A stretch of DNA of 64,000 nt from the human T2T-CHM13v2.0 reference genome, Homo sapiens. Made by a program: the position numbers and the translations under genes. The stretch lies in assembly GCF_009914755.1 (NCBI RefSeq), contig NC_060932.1; one strand, 5' to 3'. Shown here one piece after another: positions 25,760 through 37,028 of the stretch (the first letter of the stretch is position 1; each line of letters begins with the position of its first letter). Below the pieces are notes generated by a model that saw only the letters and a program-made list of their open reading frames with translations, was not told the origin of the DNA and searched no databases.

Positions 25760-28700
25760 TACCATCCTATTTATCTTGCAAGGTTAAAGTGAAAATAAAT
25801 TTGAGATAATGATGTGGAGCTATTTTATAAAGCATATTCTAGAATACAAATATCTGGCCCAACTTTCTAAAGTTTCCATCTAATGTTTCTGAAGCTTCTT
25901 CTTGAATTTCTCCTGTTAACCACTCTCCTTCCTAAACTTTTCTATTGTAAATAAGATGAGAGTAACAAGGTATTATCTTAAAGTACAGGAACTTAGTTGT
26001 GTACCATTGTTATTTGTTGCTATATGAGTTCCTTTAGGACCAATATAAGATAAGGTACTATTCATCTTTGAGCCCACAGCACTTATAAAAATAGTTTGCA
26101 TAAACATTTGTGATGATTGGTGGTATAGGAACGCAAGATCAGTGTAGCTCTTACTTTACGATACACTGTCTCCTTCCAAATAGCAGAATAAAAGTGGAAA
26201 AAAGACTCCTCTGCTGTTATAAGTTTCACAAGTAAATGTTAATTATTTTGGAGGAAGAATTTAAAAAGTAATGGAACAGTCTTCTGCGTCTCATGGAAAA
26301 ACTGAATGGCTATTCTGCTGAGATTACATACCACTGTTTTGCTGCTATTCTTTTTTTTTTTCTTTCCCAGGAAACGAGCTCAATTATTTAAGAGCCTAAT
26401 CCTTAAGTTTTGTTTGTGTTTGAAGGAAATTTTTTTTTATTTGAGTTTCTGGAAATTCTGGAATTGTAGAGAATTTCTATCGATTTATATAAAAATAAGG
26501 ACTGTTTCTGCTAGGGGTTAAGCTTTGACTACTGCCTCTTGGATGTCATCCTGAAAGCTGGCAGGTCATAGCTTCTCACTTATGTGCTAGTCACTCCCAG
26601 AATCATGTCATGTGCCTTGTCAACAATCATTTCCATAAAAGAATAGCTTGCACATCTCAGATAAATGGACAGATATTTATTGTTCTTGTCTTCCTGAGAC
26701 CTGAGGTCTTTCCAAGACTTCAATTTACCTCTGAAATGAATAGCCCTACTACCATGTAATATATAGTCGCATGAATATAACTGTAAAATATGCAAATTCA
26801 AAGTTGTGCAATTAAAATATGAATGGATTCTGATTTTTATGAACATAGTACAAAGTTATGCAAATGCCTGAATTTAATTTTTTTTCAAGAATCACAGAAT
26901 CCCAAAGTTGGCAGGCGAAATGAGCTGTGTTGACATTGTTACTGCCACATGGCAGTGCCACTTTAGCTGGTAAGCAGAGATATCTCTCATCATTTGACAG
27001 GATTCATTTTACAAATGCATACTTCAAACTGAATGGCCTTCAGGATCCCAGTCCTCAAATAAAATGCAACCATTTTGCATGTAAATGATAAAAAAAAATT
27101 GTTACACAGAAGTTCTGCATAATTGGTAATCTGTACTAAGCAAGAAATTTGTATGTATGGATAAGAAGAGTGGAAGAAAAGTCAGAATCTATGAATAAAT
27201 GGTGGTGGGAGGGATGAAAAAAGCCAGGATGAGGGCATTCAGAACAGAACAAGCAGAGGATGGACAAGGGAACGCAGAGCATGGGTGAGTGCAGAGGGAG
27301 GGAGGTGGGGGCGTGGTAGGGCTCTACGTGGCCCAAAAGGAACTAAATGAAGCCAAAGAAGACCAGAAAGGGTAAGAACAGACTCTGCTCAGAGCTTCAG
27401 CTCAGCTGTGTCCCCCTCATCACCTAGCAGCATAACTTTGGGAGCAAGATATCCCACTGGCTTCTGTTTATGCTACAGTCTTTCTCTCACATTAACTGAG
27501 GCTCTTCCCTGGCTCTGGTCTTGGCTTCTGTTTTCTCTTTTGTTATGTACCAGATCGCTTTCTTTCCACTTGGATAGACCTGTAGGTGTATTAATTCTAC
27601 AAACACAGTGCTGCTAGCTACTATGAGTGAGTACTTTACACCAGCCATTGCCTCAAGCACTTTATCCAACAATACAAGATGCCTATCTCCTCCCACAAAG
27701 GAATACCATCCTCATAAGTTTCACTTTGTATACAGCATGGAACATGTACACCCACTTTTGCTTTGTGTACATATTTTTTTGTCTTTGAGGGGAGCACCTA
27801 TTAATTATGGCTACTATCAAGCACTTCAAAGAACTTCCACTATGCTTTTACACTGAACATTGATGTGGTGTACAGCTCTCGAATTGCTATGTTCTTATAA
27901 CCTAAGGGCTTGCATGGACATTTAGTGTTTAATCTAAAAATATACCATAATTTTATGCAAAAATAGCATCCTGACACTTTGTGTTACTCCTTTTACACGT
28001 TAATTTGCACAGCCTGTAAAAAACTGTAAAAGGCAAATGCTGATGTTGCAGCTGCCCCAAGTTCCTGGTAGGTTAAGGAGTTTCATACATTTTATTAGTG
28101 CAATAATAGATTTTATGGTTAACTGAAATATGTAATTATAAATGCATATTATCACTATTACCAGCTTGATACTTGGGCTTAGTTTTGCATTGATTGAAAA
28201 CTGAAGTTTTAAAATTAATTAGGAAGAGAGTTAATGGTCACTTAAGTTTTCCCACATGAGAGAAAGCATTGGAAAAAAGTACACTTGGGTAGTGAATGAT
28301 AATATATTATATGATAAATGCTTTATTAGAGGCTTATTAACATGAGAGTGATCCCTTAAAGATTTGTCTGCAGTGGAAAAATATACAAACACCAGAAAAT
28401 CTACAAGATAAAATATGGGTAAAATTAAAATGTGATGGACAAAGAGAGGGAATGAGTCCTGTGGTCTGAGCACTGGGGATTTTTTTCTTTTTAGTTGGGG
28501 AATTGAGCAAGTGGCCCGGCCACTGCTTTGGGGAATGAGAGGCTAAGTTCGTCCAGCATAGAGGCTTTGGAGGATTGTGGATTATTAACTGCATCTGCTT
28601 TTGTGTTCTTCACAAGTCACAAGTAAAAAATAGAGTTTGTTTTTAATTACTTTTGGTTGCTGGGTTGTTTTGTTTTTTTTTCTTATGATCCTCCTTGCAG

Positions 28701-28827
28701 AGATTGAATCACATGGGCCTCTGGGAAGTTGTTCAGGTTACATATACAATGTGATCAGATAACATGTATAAGGGGTACAAAAATCAGACTGAAGGCAGAG
28801 GGAAGAGAGACAGGAAATTTGAAATGA

Positions 28828-29045
<218 letters not shown>

Positions 29046-29094
29046 TATTTTTCTTTTGATGGCCTCTTCACCAATCTACCTGAAAGACCATATA

Positions 29095-29320
29095 ACATAG
29101 TTTTAAGAGCAAGACCTTTGGCTCCAGGCTGTCTGGGTCCTCTCCTACGTCTACTGTGTGCTACTCATGTGGAAATTTGCTTAATTTCTCTGGTCTTAAT
29201 TTCCTTCTATGCAACATGGGAGTAAATGAAATTACCTACCTCATAGTGTTATAAAAATTAATGTATTATCCATGTGCCTGATACGTAGCAGTGTGATATA
29301 AACATCAGCTATCATTATTG
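29095..29320 (+). mobile_element. MIR SINE
   Basis: ATAGTTTTAAGAGCAAGACCTTTGGCTCCAGGCTGTCTGGGT...ACCTACCTCATAG. Confidence 0.75.
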
Positions 29321-29519
29321 TGACATGCAATAAAGCAAGAGGGAATACAATATATATAAGGCAGCAGTAAGCAGTTGTGTAAAACTGGAATTTAGAGTGT
29401 GGGTGGAGATGATACTAGAGAAAAAGAAAGGGCCACATCATAAAATGCCATGTATTCCAGCTTTGTATTTTATCTTAAACACAATGGGAGCCATCGAAGG
29501 ATTTTGCCTGGGAAAAAAT

Positions 29520-29963
29520 ATTGAATTGTGTACACCAAACAAAAATTTGTTGAATTTCTAACTCCTAGTGAGTCAGAATGTGACCTTATTTGGATATAGG
29601 GTTGTTGCAGATGTGCTTTGTTGTGATGAGGTCATACTGGAGTAGGGTGAGTCCTACTCCAGCATGATGTGATGTCCTTATAAGAGGACAGCTATGTGAA
29701 GATATGGGGGGAAACCCAAGTGAAGTTGGAGGGAGATTGAAGTGATGCATCCACAAGCCAAGGAATGCAAAGCATGTTTGTAGTCATCAGAAGTTGGGAA
29801 AGAGGCATGAAATGGATTGTTCACCACAGACCTCAGAAGGAACCAACCCTGCTGACATCTTGATTTCAGACTTCTACTCTTCAGAACTGTGAGAGAATAA
29901 ATTACTGTTATTTTGAGCCATCAAGTTTGTGCTGCTTTGTTAGGGCAGCTCTAGCAACTTAAT
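29520..29963 (+). mobile_element. MaLR solo LTR (MLT1B/C-type)
   Basis: CAGAATGTGACCTTATTTGGATATAGGGT...GGAACCAACCCTGCTGACATCTTGATTTCAGACTTC...GCAGCTCTAGCAAC. Confidence 0.88.
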
Positions 29964-30273
29964 ATGGGGCTGGGAAGTGGGGAAATGGAATTCTGTTAAA
30001 AGCTAACTCTGGTTTTTATGAGGAATATGGAGTAGAGGGGAACAAAATTAAAAGGAGGGAGGTCAGTCAGGAGGAAATTAAGGCTTCATGTATAGTTGGG
30101 ACCCTGTCTCTTTGCTTCTAGGTGTTTCCAGTTTCCTGTTTTCCAGTTGGGTTTCATGAATGTGTCAGGTATAGCTCTCCTGGGGCTGCTGCTCCACTGC
30201 TTCTCTTAGTTCCCAGGGTCATGTTGCCACCTTCAGCAATAAAATACTGCTGGATTTTAGTCTCTGCACCCAG

Positions 30274-30332
30274 AACTTCCTCAGTACAGGGAAACTCCTC
30301 AGTATAGGAAAACTCCTCAGTATAGCAAAACT
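30274..30332. repeat. 17-bp tandem repeat (~3.4 copies)
   Basis: Unit AAACTCCTCAGTATAGG repeated with single-base variations. Confidence 0.85.
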
Positions 30333-30648
30333 ATTAAAGAAAAACCTCAGCCTCATGACTGGGAGGCCATATAAAAAGAAAAGGGCTCTGTTGTGTTAGG
30401 ATCTGTTAAACTTTAGGAAGCAAATAGCTCAAGCTGGTCTATGAAGTAATTGAAGCAAATTAACAAAATTAAGATATAAGAAAGATCTATTTTTCTGTAG
30501 GGCTGTTTTCAAGGAATTGCAGGGATAAGCATTGGTAAGAGTCTAGTCTTGTTTTCCTTAGTGTTGGATACCTATACTGGACACCTGTGTGATCAAGTGA
30601 AAAATCCCTGGGTGAATATGTTTAATAACTGACTTATGCTTCATTTCT

Positions 30649-30931
30649 TTTTTAATTTAATTTTTAATTTATAATTGCATAAGAATGGTACATATTTATG
30701 GGTGATAATCTGATGCATGTATATGTAGTATAATGATCAAATTGAGGTAATTACCCTATCCATCAGCTTAAACATTTATCATTTCTTTGTGATGACAACA
30801 TTCAAATCTTGTCTTCTGGTGATCTTGAAACATACACTATACTGTTGTTTGCTCTAGTCACCCTATTGGGTGAACAGGAAAGGTTGGTCAATGGGTACAA
30901 AGTTACAGCTAGACAAGAAGAATAAGTTGTG
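30649..30931 (-). mobile_element. Short 5'-inverted L1MA insertion
   Basis: Antisense L1MA 3' UTR (30649-~30870) joined to a sense L1 piece (~30871-30931); TSD GACTTATGCTT(C/T)A(T/C)TTCT at 30631-30648 and 30932-30949. Confidence 0.85.
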
Positions 30932-31706
30932 GACTTATGCTTTACTTCTAAACGAGGCTGTGGTACTAGGCAAGGAGAGATGCTGGAGGAGGCTAATCCT
31001 GCCAGGAAACCAGGCTGTTGGAGACTGTCGTCACTGGACTCAGACTAGGAATGAAGTTACTTGTTGGGTTGGATGAGCAGGCAGTTATTATTTAGAACAC
31101 TTAAGACTTGGGATTTTTAGTTCCCCTTTTTGTGGACAATGGAAATAATTCCCCAGCAAGAGAGTGCATAAAACTATGCCCCAAACTACAAATTAAATCA
31201 AAATATACAAACTGTGCAATAATAAAGATGGAGGTGTGCTTTTTCTTGTAAATTTCGTTGGGTTAGACATCATTAATTTTCAAAGATAGAGTAAAAAGAC
31301 ATAACTTTTTAAAAGTTACTTGCTTATGAAGAATATCTACTAGCATTTCCAAATATTCTGTTGAGTATAGGTTGGGATACATTAAATCATAAATAATAGT
31401 CTTAGAAGGTAATTCCAGCTCATTCCTGTGCCTCTTGAATGAAATAATTTTAGAATTAGAGAGAAGTTTAATTATCGCATTTGTCTTTAGAGGAGGCAAT
31501 TCCTTAAAAACTATCTTTATACTTTGAATTCTTTTCAGTCAGATTGTTTTCTGTCACAGAGGACTCTCATGAAAAGGCAGCTCCTTCCCTAATCCATGTA
31601 ATTAACAAAAGCCAAATGGCCACCTGCTTCAGGATATCTTCTCTAAAGACCACTAGGGTCTAAACTTCCGAACATTCATTTTATGTTTGTGTGGGGTAAA
31701 AACACC

Positions 31707-32282
31707 TGAAAGCAATAAATCAAGCAGGTACTTAGAATGACCCTGTTTGGCAGACACACCTGAATGTATGCTCTGAGCTAGGGAGTCAGGGAGTGGCCAA
31801 CCTGGAGATTCTTTTTTTCTCTATGAGGAACGTCTGAGCCCCTGGCCTGTCCAGTGGAACATGGGCTGTACAGGGGATTGAGGCCCTGAGTTTTGGGATA
31901 AATGATGGTTGCCAGGTGAAGGTCATTAAGGTCACTAAGTTGTTAAGTGAAAATGTTATGTAAACTTAATGCTATTTGCAAGCAGTTGTGATTTTCCTGC
32001 CCAGCCCACCCTACTGGGCCATAATATGTAAGGCATATCCCTTGTCCAGACTGCTGCCACTGGACTCCTTGTAAGGCAGATATGTTGTACAGCTTGCCGC
32101 CACTGGACCATTTCTGTGTGAAAGGGGGTTCTCCTGTCCAGCCCGCCACCACTGGACTCTCTCTCTCCTGTATGAAAGTCCTTGATAAAAACCCATGTCT
32201 CATTTGCTGGCTCTGGGTCTCTTCTTCCGCCTCTTGAACATGGTCCCTTCCCTACTGAGGTTAATAGGGGTTCAGCACAGCA
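31707..32282 (+). mobile_element. ERV solo LTR (subfamily not assigned)
   Basis: TG start, GGCAGACACACCTGAATG, internal repeats, GATAAAAACCC poly(A)-like site, GCTGGCTCTGGGTCTCTTCTT U5-like region, CA end. Confidence 0.75.
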
Positions 32283-34055
32283 GCTTGTCATAGGGAATCA
32301 TCTTCGGAAGCGTCTGCAAAAATTGAGCCAAATCTTGTAAAGAGTAGTCATACATTCAAGGAATTGGATTTATCAGAGATGTTTAGATCTTGGATGGCAG
32401 AAAAGGAATCCTAAGGAAAATAATGTAAAGATATAGTACATGGCACACTTCCCAAGAGAACAGTTAGTGAAGCTACGAAGCGTGTTTCTAACATTTCCCC
32501 TGGGCTCCTTGTAGGCAATGGGTCTTTGTGGGATAGTGAGGAGTTCCGCTAGAATGGAAAAGTAATAGCAGAAGGACATGAGAATGAATAATTTTCTTTG
32601 TGAACAATCCTGTCCCAAACAAGATCTATCAAGGCTTTCTAAACCCCTGAGGACAACAACCACCCAAACCAATACTATCAACAGAACTGAATCCACCACA
32701 ATTCTCCAAACTTAGGGAGAGAAAAGGTGGCTTAAACAAGATTTCACTGTGGATTATATCTTTCTTGAGGCCTGGCTAAATTTGCAGCTTTATATAATTT
32801 CCACTCATATTTCATGAGGCTCAGGATTTAATATATTTTGATACTAGGATGTTTGACAGGTCTTCTCTGTCATTCCCCTTCATGTTTCCCTTTGTATTTT
32901 CAGCTCCAACAGGTGCAGATTTGCCAAAACGAATGTTAATTGCCTATTTACTGTCTCCCAGCTTGTTCAATTTACTCACAGATCATTTTCTATTCAGAGC
33001 CCGGCAGCAGTTTGTCTCTCATTTACTTCTCTAATCAGTTCACGTTCTAAGAAAACTACATTTTAAAAAATCTAGGCTTCCAAAACTTTGCCTTCATCCA
33101 CAAAAGCCCCCATCATGCTCAGAGGAGAGCTAGTCCTATTGAGAGGCAGACAGCAAGAAGCCAAGGGAAGAAAAAGATCCCTTGACTACATTTCTCTTAG
33201 AGCAAGTCATTAAGAAACAAGGAAGTAATGTCATTGCAGATACATCTTTCAATAAGCTTAATTCAACTGTCTTAATTTATCATCCATTCAAGGGTTTTCC
33301 TGAAGTTCATCCCTTCTACTTAGCAGCTCAGCAGTATATTTTAGTTTCATCTCACTGATTTCATCACCCTGAATCTTTTATTCCATTTGTTCTGATGGTT
33401 AAGCACAGGAAGAAAGACAAGCAGAGAGCAAATACTCATCATGAGAGACTGCTTAAACGGTCTGATCAGTTTAAGCTGAGACACAAGATAAAAAGTAGTC
33501 TTGGAGATATGGGTGTTCCTGGACTGTTTGTTCCCAGATCACCAGACTATTTGCAGCGAATAATTCAGATCTGATTTAAGACTTCAATTTTACTTTTCAG
33601 ATATAAAATTTCCATATATACATATCTATATATGTGTGTGTATATATGTATACAAATTTTATATTGTTCAGGAACCAAGAAATTTGTCAACATCTACAGT
33701 ATTAATGAACCACTCTAGGAAATGAAAACAGTTTGTCAACATGTGTAGCATTAGTGAAACAACATGGAAAAGTAAGAAAAGATACCATAGTTCTGAAAAT
33801 TTTTATTTTCAAACACAGAAGTTCTATGTGCAGAGTTGATGCATATCTAGGTTCCAGCATCATGAAACCTCTTGTGATAGGCACAATCATCATACTCTTC
33901 ACACGTGCAAGTCTCATCAGGGGTAGCTGGTGGGCATGACTAGATTAATGCTATCACCATAGAATCTGGTTTGGTTGGAGCAGTGTATCTGGAATAACTT
34001 TGGCGTAGATCAGGGAAAGCTACAGCTTAAGTGACAGACCCAAAAACTTTGCTTA

Positions 34056-34267
34056 TGTTGTACTATCTAACATGGTAGCCATTAGCCACATGTGGCTATT
34101 TAGATTTTAATTTTTAGCTTATTAAACTTAAATAAAATAAAAAATTTAATTCCTTAATATTGAAAGTGCTCAATAACTGGAAGTGGCTAGTGGTTAGTGG
34201 CTACTGTGTTGGGGAGTACAGATATAGACTAATTCCTTCATTGCAGAAAGTTTATTGGACAGCACTG
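34056..34267. mobile_element. hAT-Charlie MITE (MER3/MER33-type)
   Basis: ATGGTAGCCATTAGCCACATGTGGCTATT...CATTGCAGAAAGTTTATTGGACAGCACTG. Confidence 0.85.
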
Positions 34268-35945
34268 GTGGAATGCCATTGTTTTATAGACATTTAGAGC
34301 ACTTTGTTCTTAGAATAACCTGGTGTTTACATCCCAGAAGCAATTATATCATAAAAAATAAGTGACTTCATCTACATGGAAACTTCTCTTGTTATTATCT
34401 GAAGAAGTGCCCTGTCTTCCCACTGAATTGAGGTCTTGAAAAGGGAGAGGGTATGTTTCTATTATTCCAAGGTATAAAAAGAGTAGGTCACAAACTTTTA
34501 GATATAAGAATTTCTCCTTATCATCAAGGGTCTTGTTTTTTATCACGTGAAGACCTAAGAGAAGCAAATATTGATAGCCCATTTTCTGTTTAAAAGAAAT
34601 CATCTAGGATTCCCAGGCAAGATGGCTGAATAGGAACAGCTCCAGTCTGCAGCTCCCCACAAGACCAACGGACAAGGTGGGTGATTTCTGCATTTCCAAC
34701 TGAGGTACCCGGTTCATCTCACTGGGACTGGTTAGACAGTGGGTGCAGCCCATGGAGGGCGAGGAGAAGCAGGGTGGGACGTTGTCTCACCCAGGAAGTT
34801 CAGGGGGTTGGAGAACTCCTTCCTCTAGCCAAAGGAAGCCATGGGGGACAGTGCCATGTGGGATGGTGCATTCCGGCCTAGATAGTACACTTTTCCCACC
34901 ATCTTCACAACCATCAGACCAGAAGATTCCCTCAGATGCCTACACCACCAGGGCCCTGGGTTTCAAGCACAAAACTGAAAGGCTGTTTGGGCAGACACTG
35001 AGCTAGCTGAAGGAGTTTTTATTTCATACCCCAGTGGCACCTGGAACTCCAGCGAGACAGAACCGTTCACTCCCCTGGAAAGGGAGCTGAAGACAGGGAG
35101 CCAAGTGGTCTAGCTCAGCAGATCTCAACCCCATGGAGCCTAGCAAGCTAAGATCCACTAGCTTGAATTCTTACTACCAGCAGAGCAGTCTGAAGTCGAC
35201 CTGGGATGCTTGAGCTTGGTGGGGCAGGGCGTCCACCATTACTGAGGCATGAGTAGGCGATTTTCCCCTCACAGTGTAAACAAAGCTACAGGGAAGTTTG
35301 AACTGGGCAGAGCCCACCACAGCACCTCAAAAGTACTATAGTCAGACCGCTTCTCTAGATTCCTCATCTCTGGGCAGGGCATCTCTGAAAGAAAGGCAGC
35401 AGCCCCAATCAGGGGCTTATAGAGAAAATTCCCATCTCCCTGGGACAGAGCACCTGGGGGAAAGGGTGGCTGTGGATGCATCTTCAGCAGACTTAAATGT
35501 TCCTGCCTGCCAGCTCTAAAGAGAGCAGTGGATCTCCCAGCATAGCACTCGAGCTCTGCTAAGGGACAGACTACCTCCTCCAGTGGGTCCCTGACCCCTG
35601 TGCCTCCTGACGGGGAGACATCTCCCAGCAGGGGTCGACAGAGACCTCATACAGGAGAGCTCCGGCTGGCATCTGGTGGTGCCTGTCTGGTACAAAGCTT
35701 CCAGAGGAAGGAGCAGGCAGCAATCTTTGCTGTTCTGCAGCCTCCACTGGTGATACCCAGGTAAACAGGGTCTGGAGTGGACCCCCAGCAAATTCTAGCA
35801 GACCTGCAAAAGAGAGGCCTGACTGTCAGAAGAAAACTAACAAACAGAAAGGAATAGCATCAACATCAATAAAAAGGATGACCATGCAAAAATTCCATCC
35901 AATGGTCACTAACAGCAAAGACCAAAGGTAGATAAATCCATAAAG

Positions 35946-36968
35946 ATGAGGAAAAACCAGCACAAAAAGGCTGAAAATTCCAAAATCCAGTATGCCTCTT
36001 TTCCTCCAAAGGATCACAACTCCTCACCAGCAAGGGAAAAAACCTGGATGGAGAATGAGTTTGATGAATTGACAGAAGTAGGCTTCAGAAGGTGGGTAAT
36101 AACAAACTCCTCCGAGCTAAAGGAGCATGTTCTAACCCAATGCAGGGAAACTAAGAACCTTGATAAAAGGTTAGAGGAATTGCCAACCAGAATAACCAGT
36201 TTAGAGAAGAACATAAATGACCTGATGGAGCTGAAAAACACAACACAAGAACTTCACAAAGCATACACAAGTATCAATAGCCAAATCGATCAAGGAGAAG
36301 AAAGGATATCAGAAATTGGAGATGAATTTAATGAAATAAAGCATGAAGACAATATTAGAGAAAAAAGAATGAGAAGTAATTAACAAAGCCTCCAAGAAAT
36401 ATGGGACTATGTGAAAAGACCAAACCTACGTTTGATTGGTGTACTTGAAAGTGACAGGGAGAATGGAACCAAGTTGGAAAACACACTTCAGGATATTATC
36501 CAGGAAAACTCCAACCTAGCAAGACAGACCAACATTCAAATTCAGGAAATACAGAGAACACTACAAAGATACTCCTTGAGAAGAGCAACCGCAAGACACA
36601 TAATTGTCAGATTCACCAAGGTTGAAATGAAGGAAAAACTGTTAAGGGCAGCTAGAGAGAAAGGTTGGGTTACTCACAAAGGAAAGCCCATCAGACTACC
36701 AGTGGATCTCTCTGCAGAAACCCTACAAGCCAGAAGAGAGTGGGGGCCAATATTCAGCATTCTTAAAGAAAAGAATTTTCAACACAGAATTTCATATCCA
36801 GCCAAACTAAGCTTCATAAATGAAGGAGAAATAAAATCCTTTACAGACAAGCAAATGCTGAGGGATTTTGTCCCCACCAGGCCTGCCTTACAAGAGCTCC
36901 TGAAGGAAGCACTAAATATGGAAAGGAAAAACTGGTACCAACCACTGCAGAAACAAACCAAAATGTAA
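35946..36968 (+). pseudogene. L1 ORF1p, interrupted by a single in-frame stop
   Basis: ORFs 35946-36383 and 36411-36968 are in the same frame, separated only by TAA at 36381-36383. Coiled-coil, RRM (KRPNLRLIGV, ARREW) and CTD (YPAKLSF) motifs are present. Confidence 0.93.
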
Positions 36969-37028
36969 AGACCATCAACACTATGAAGAAACTGCATCAA
37001 CTAATGGGCAAAATAACCAGCTAGCATC

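Noticed and set aside
31995-32160. Spaced repeats resembling a CRISPR-like array or CTCF sites
   Set aside because: They are degenerate internal repeats of a mammalian LTR with no cas genes, and the spacing of the core does not fit the CTCF consensus.
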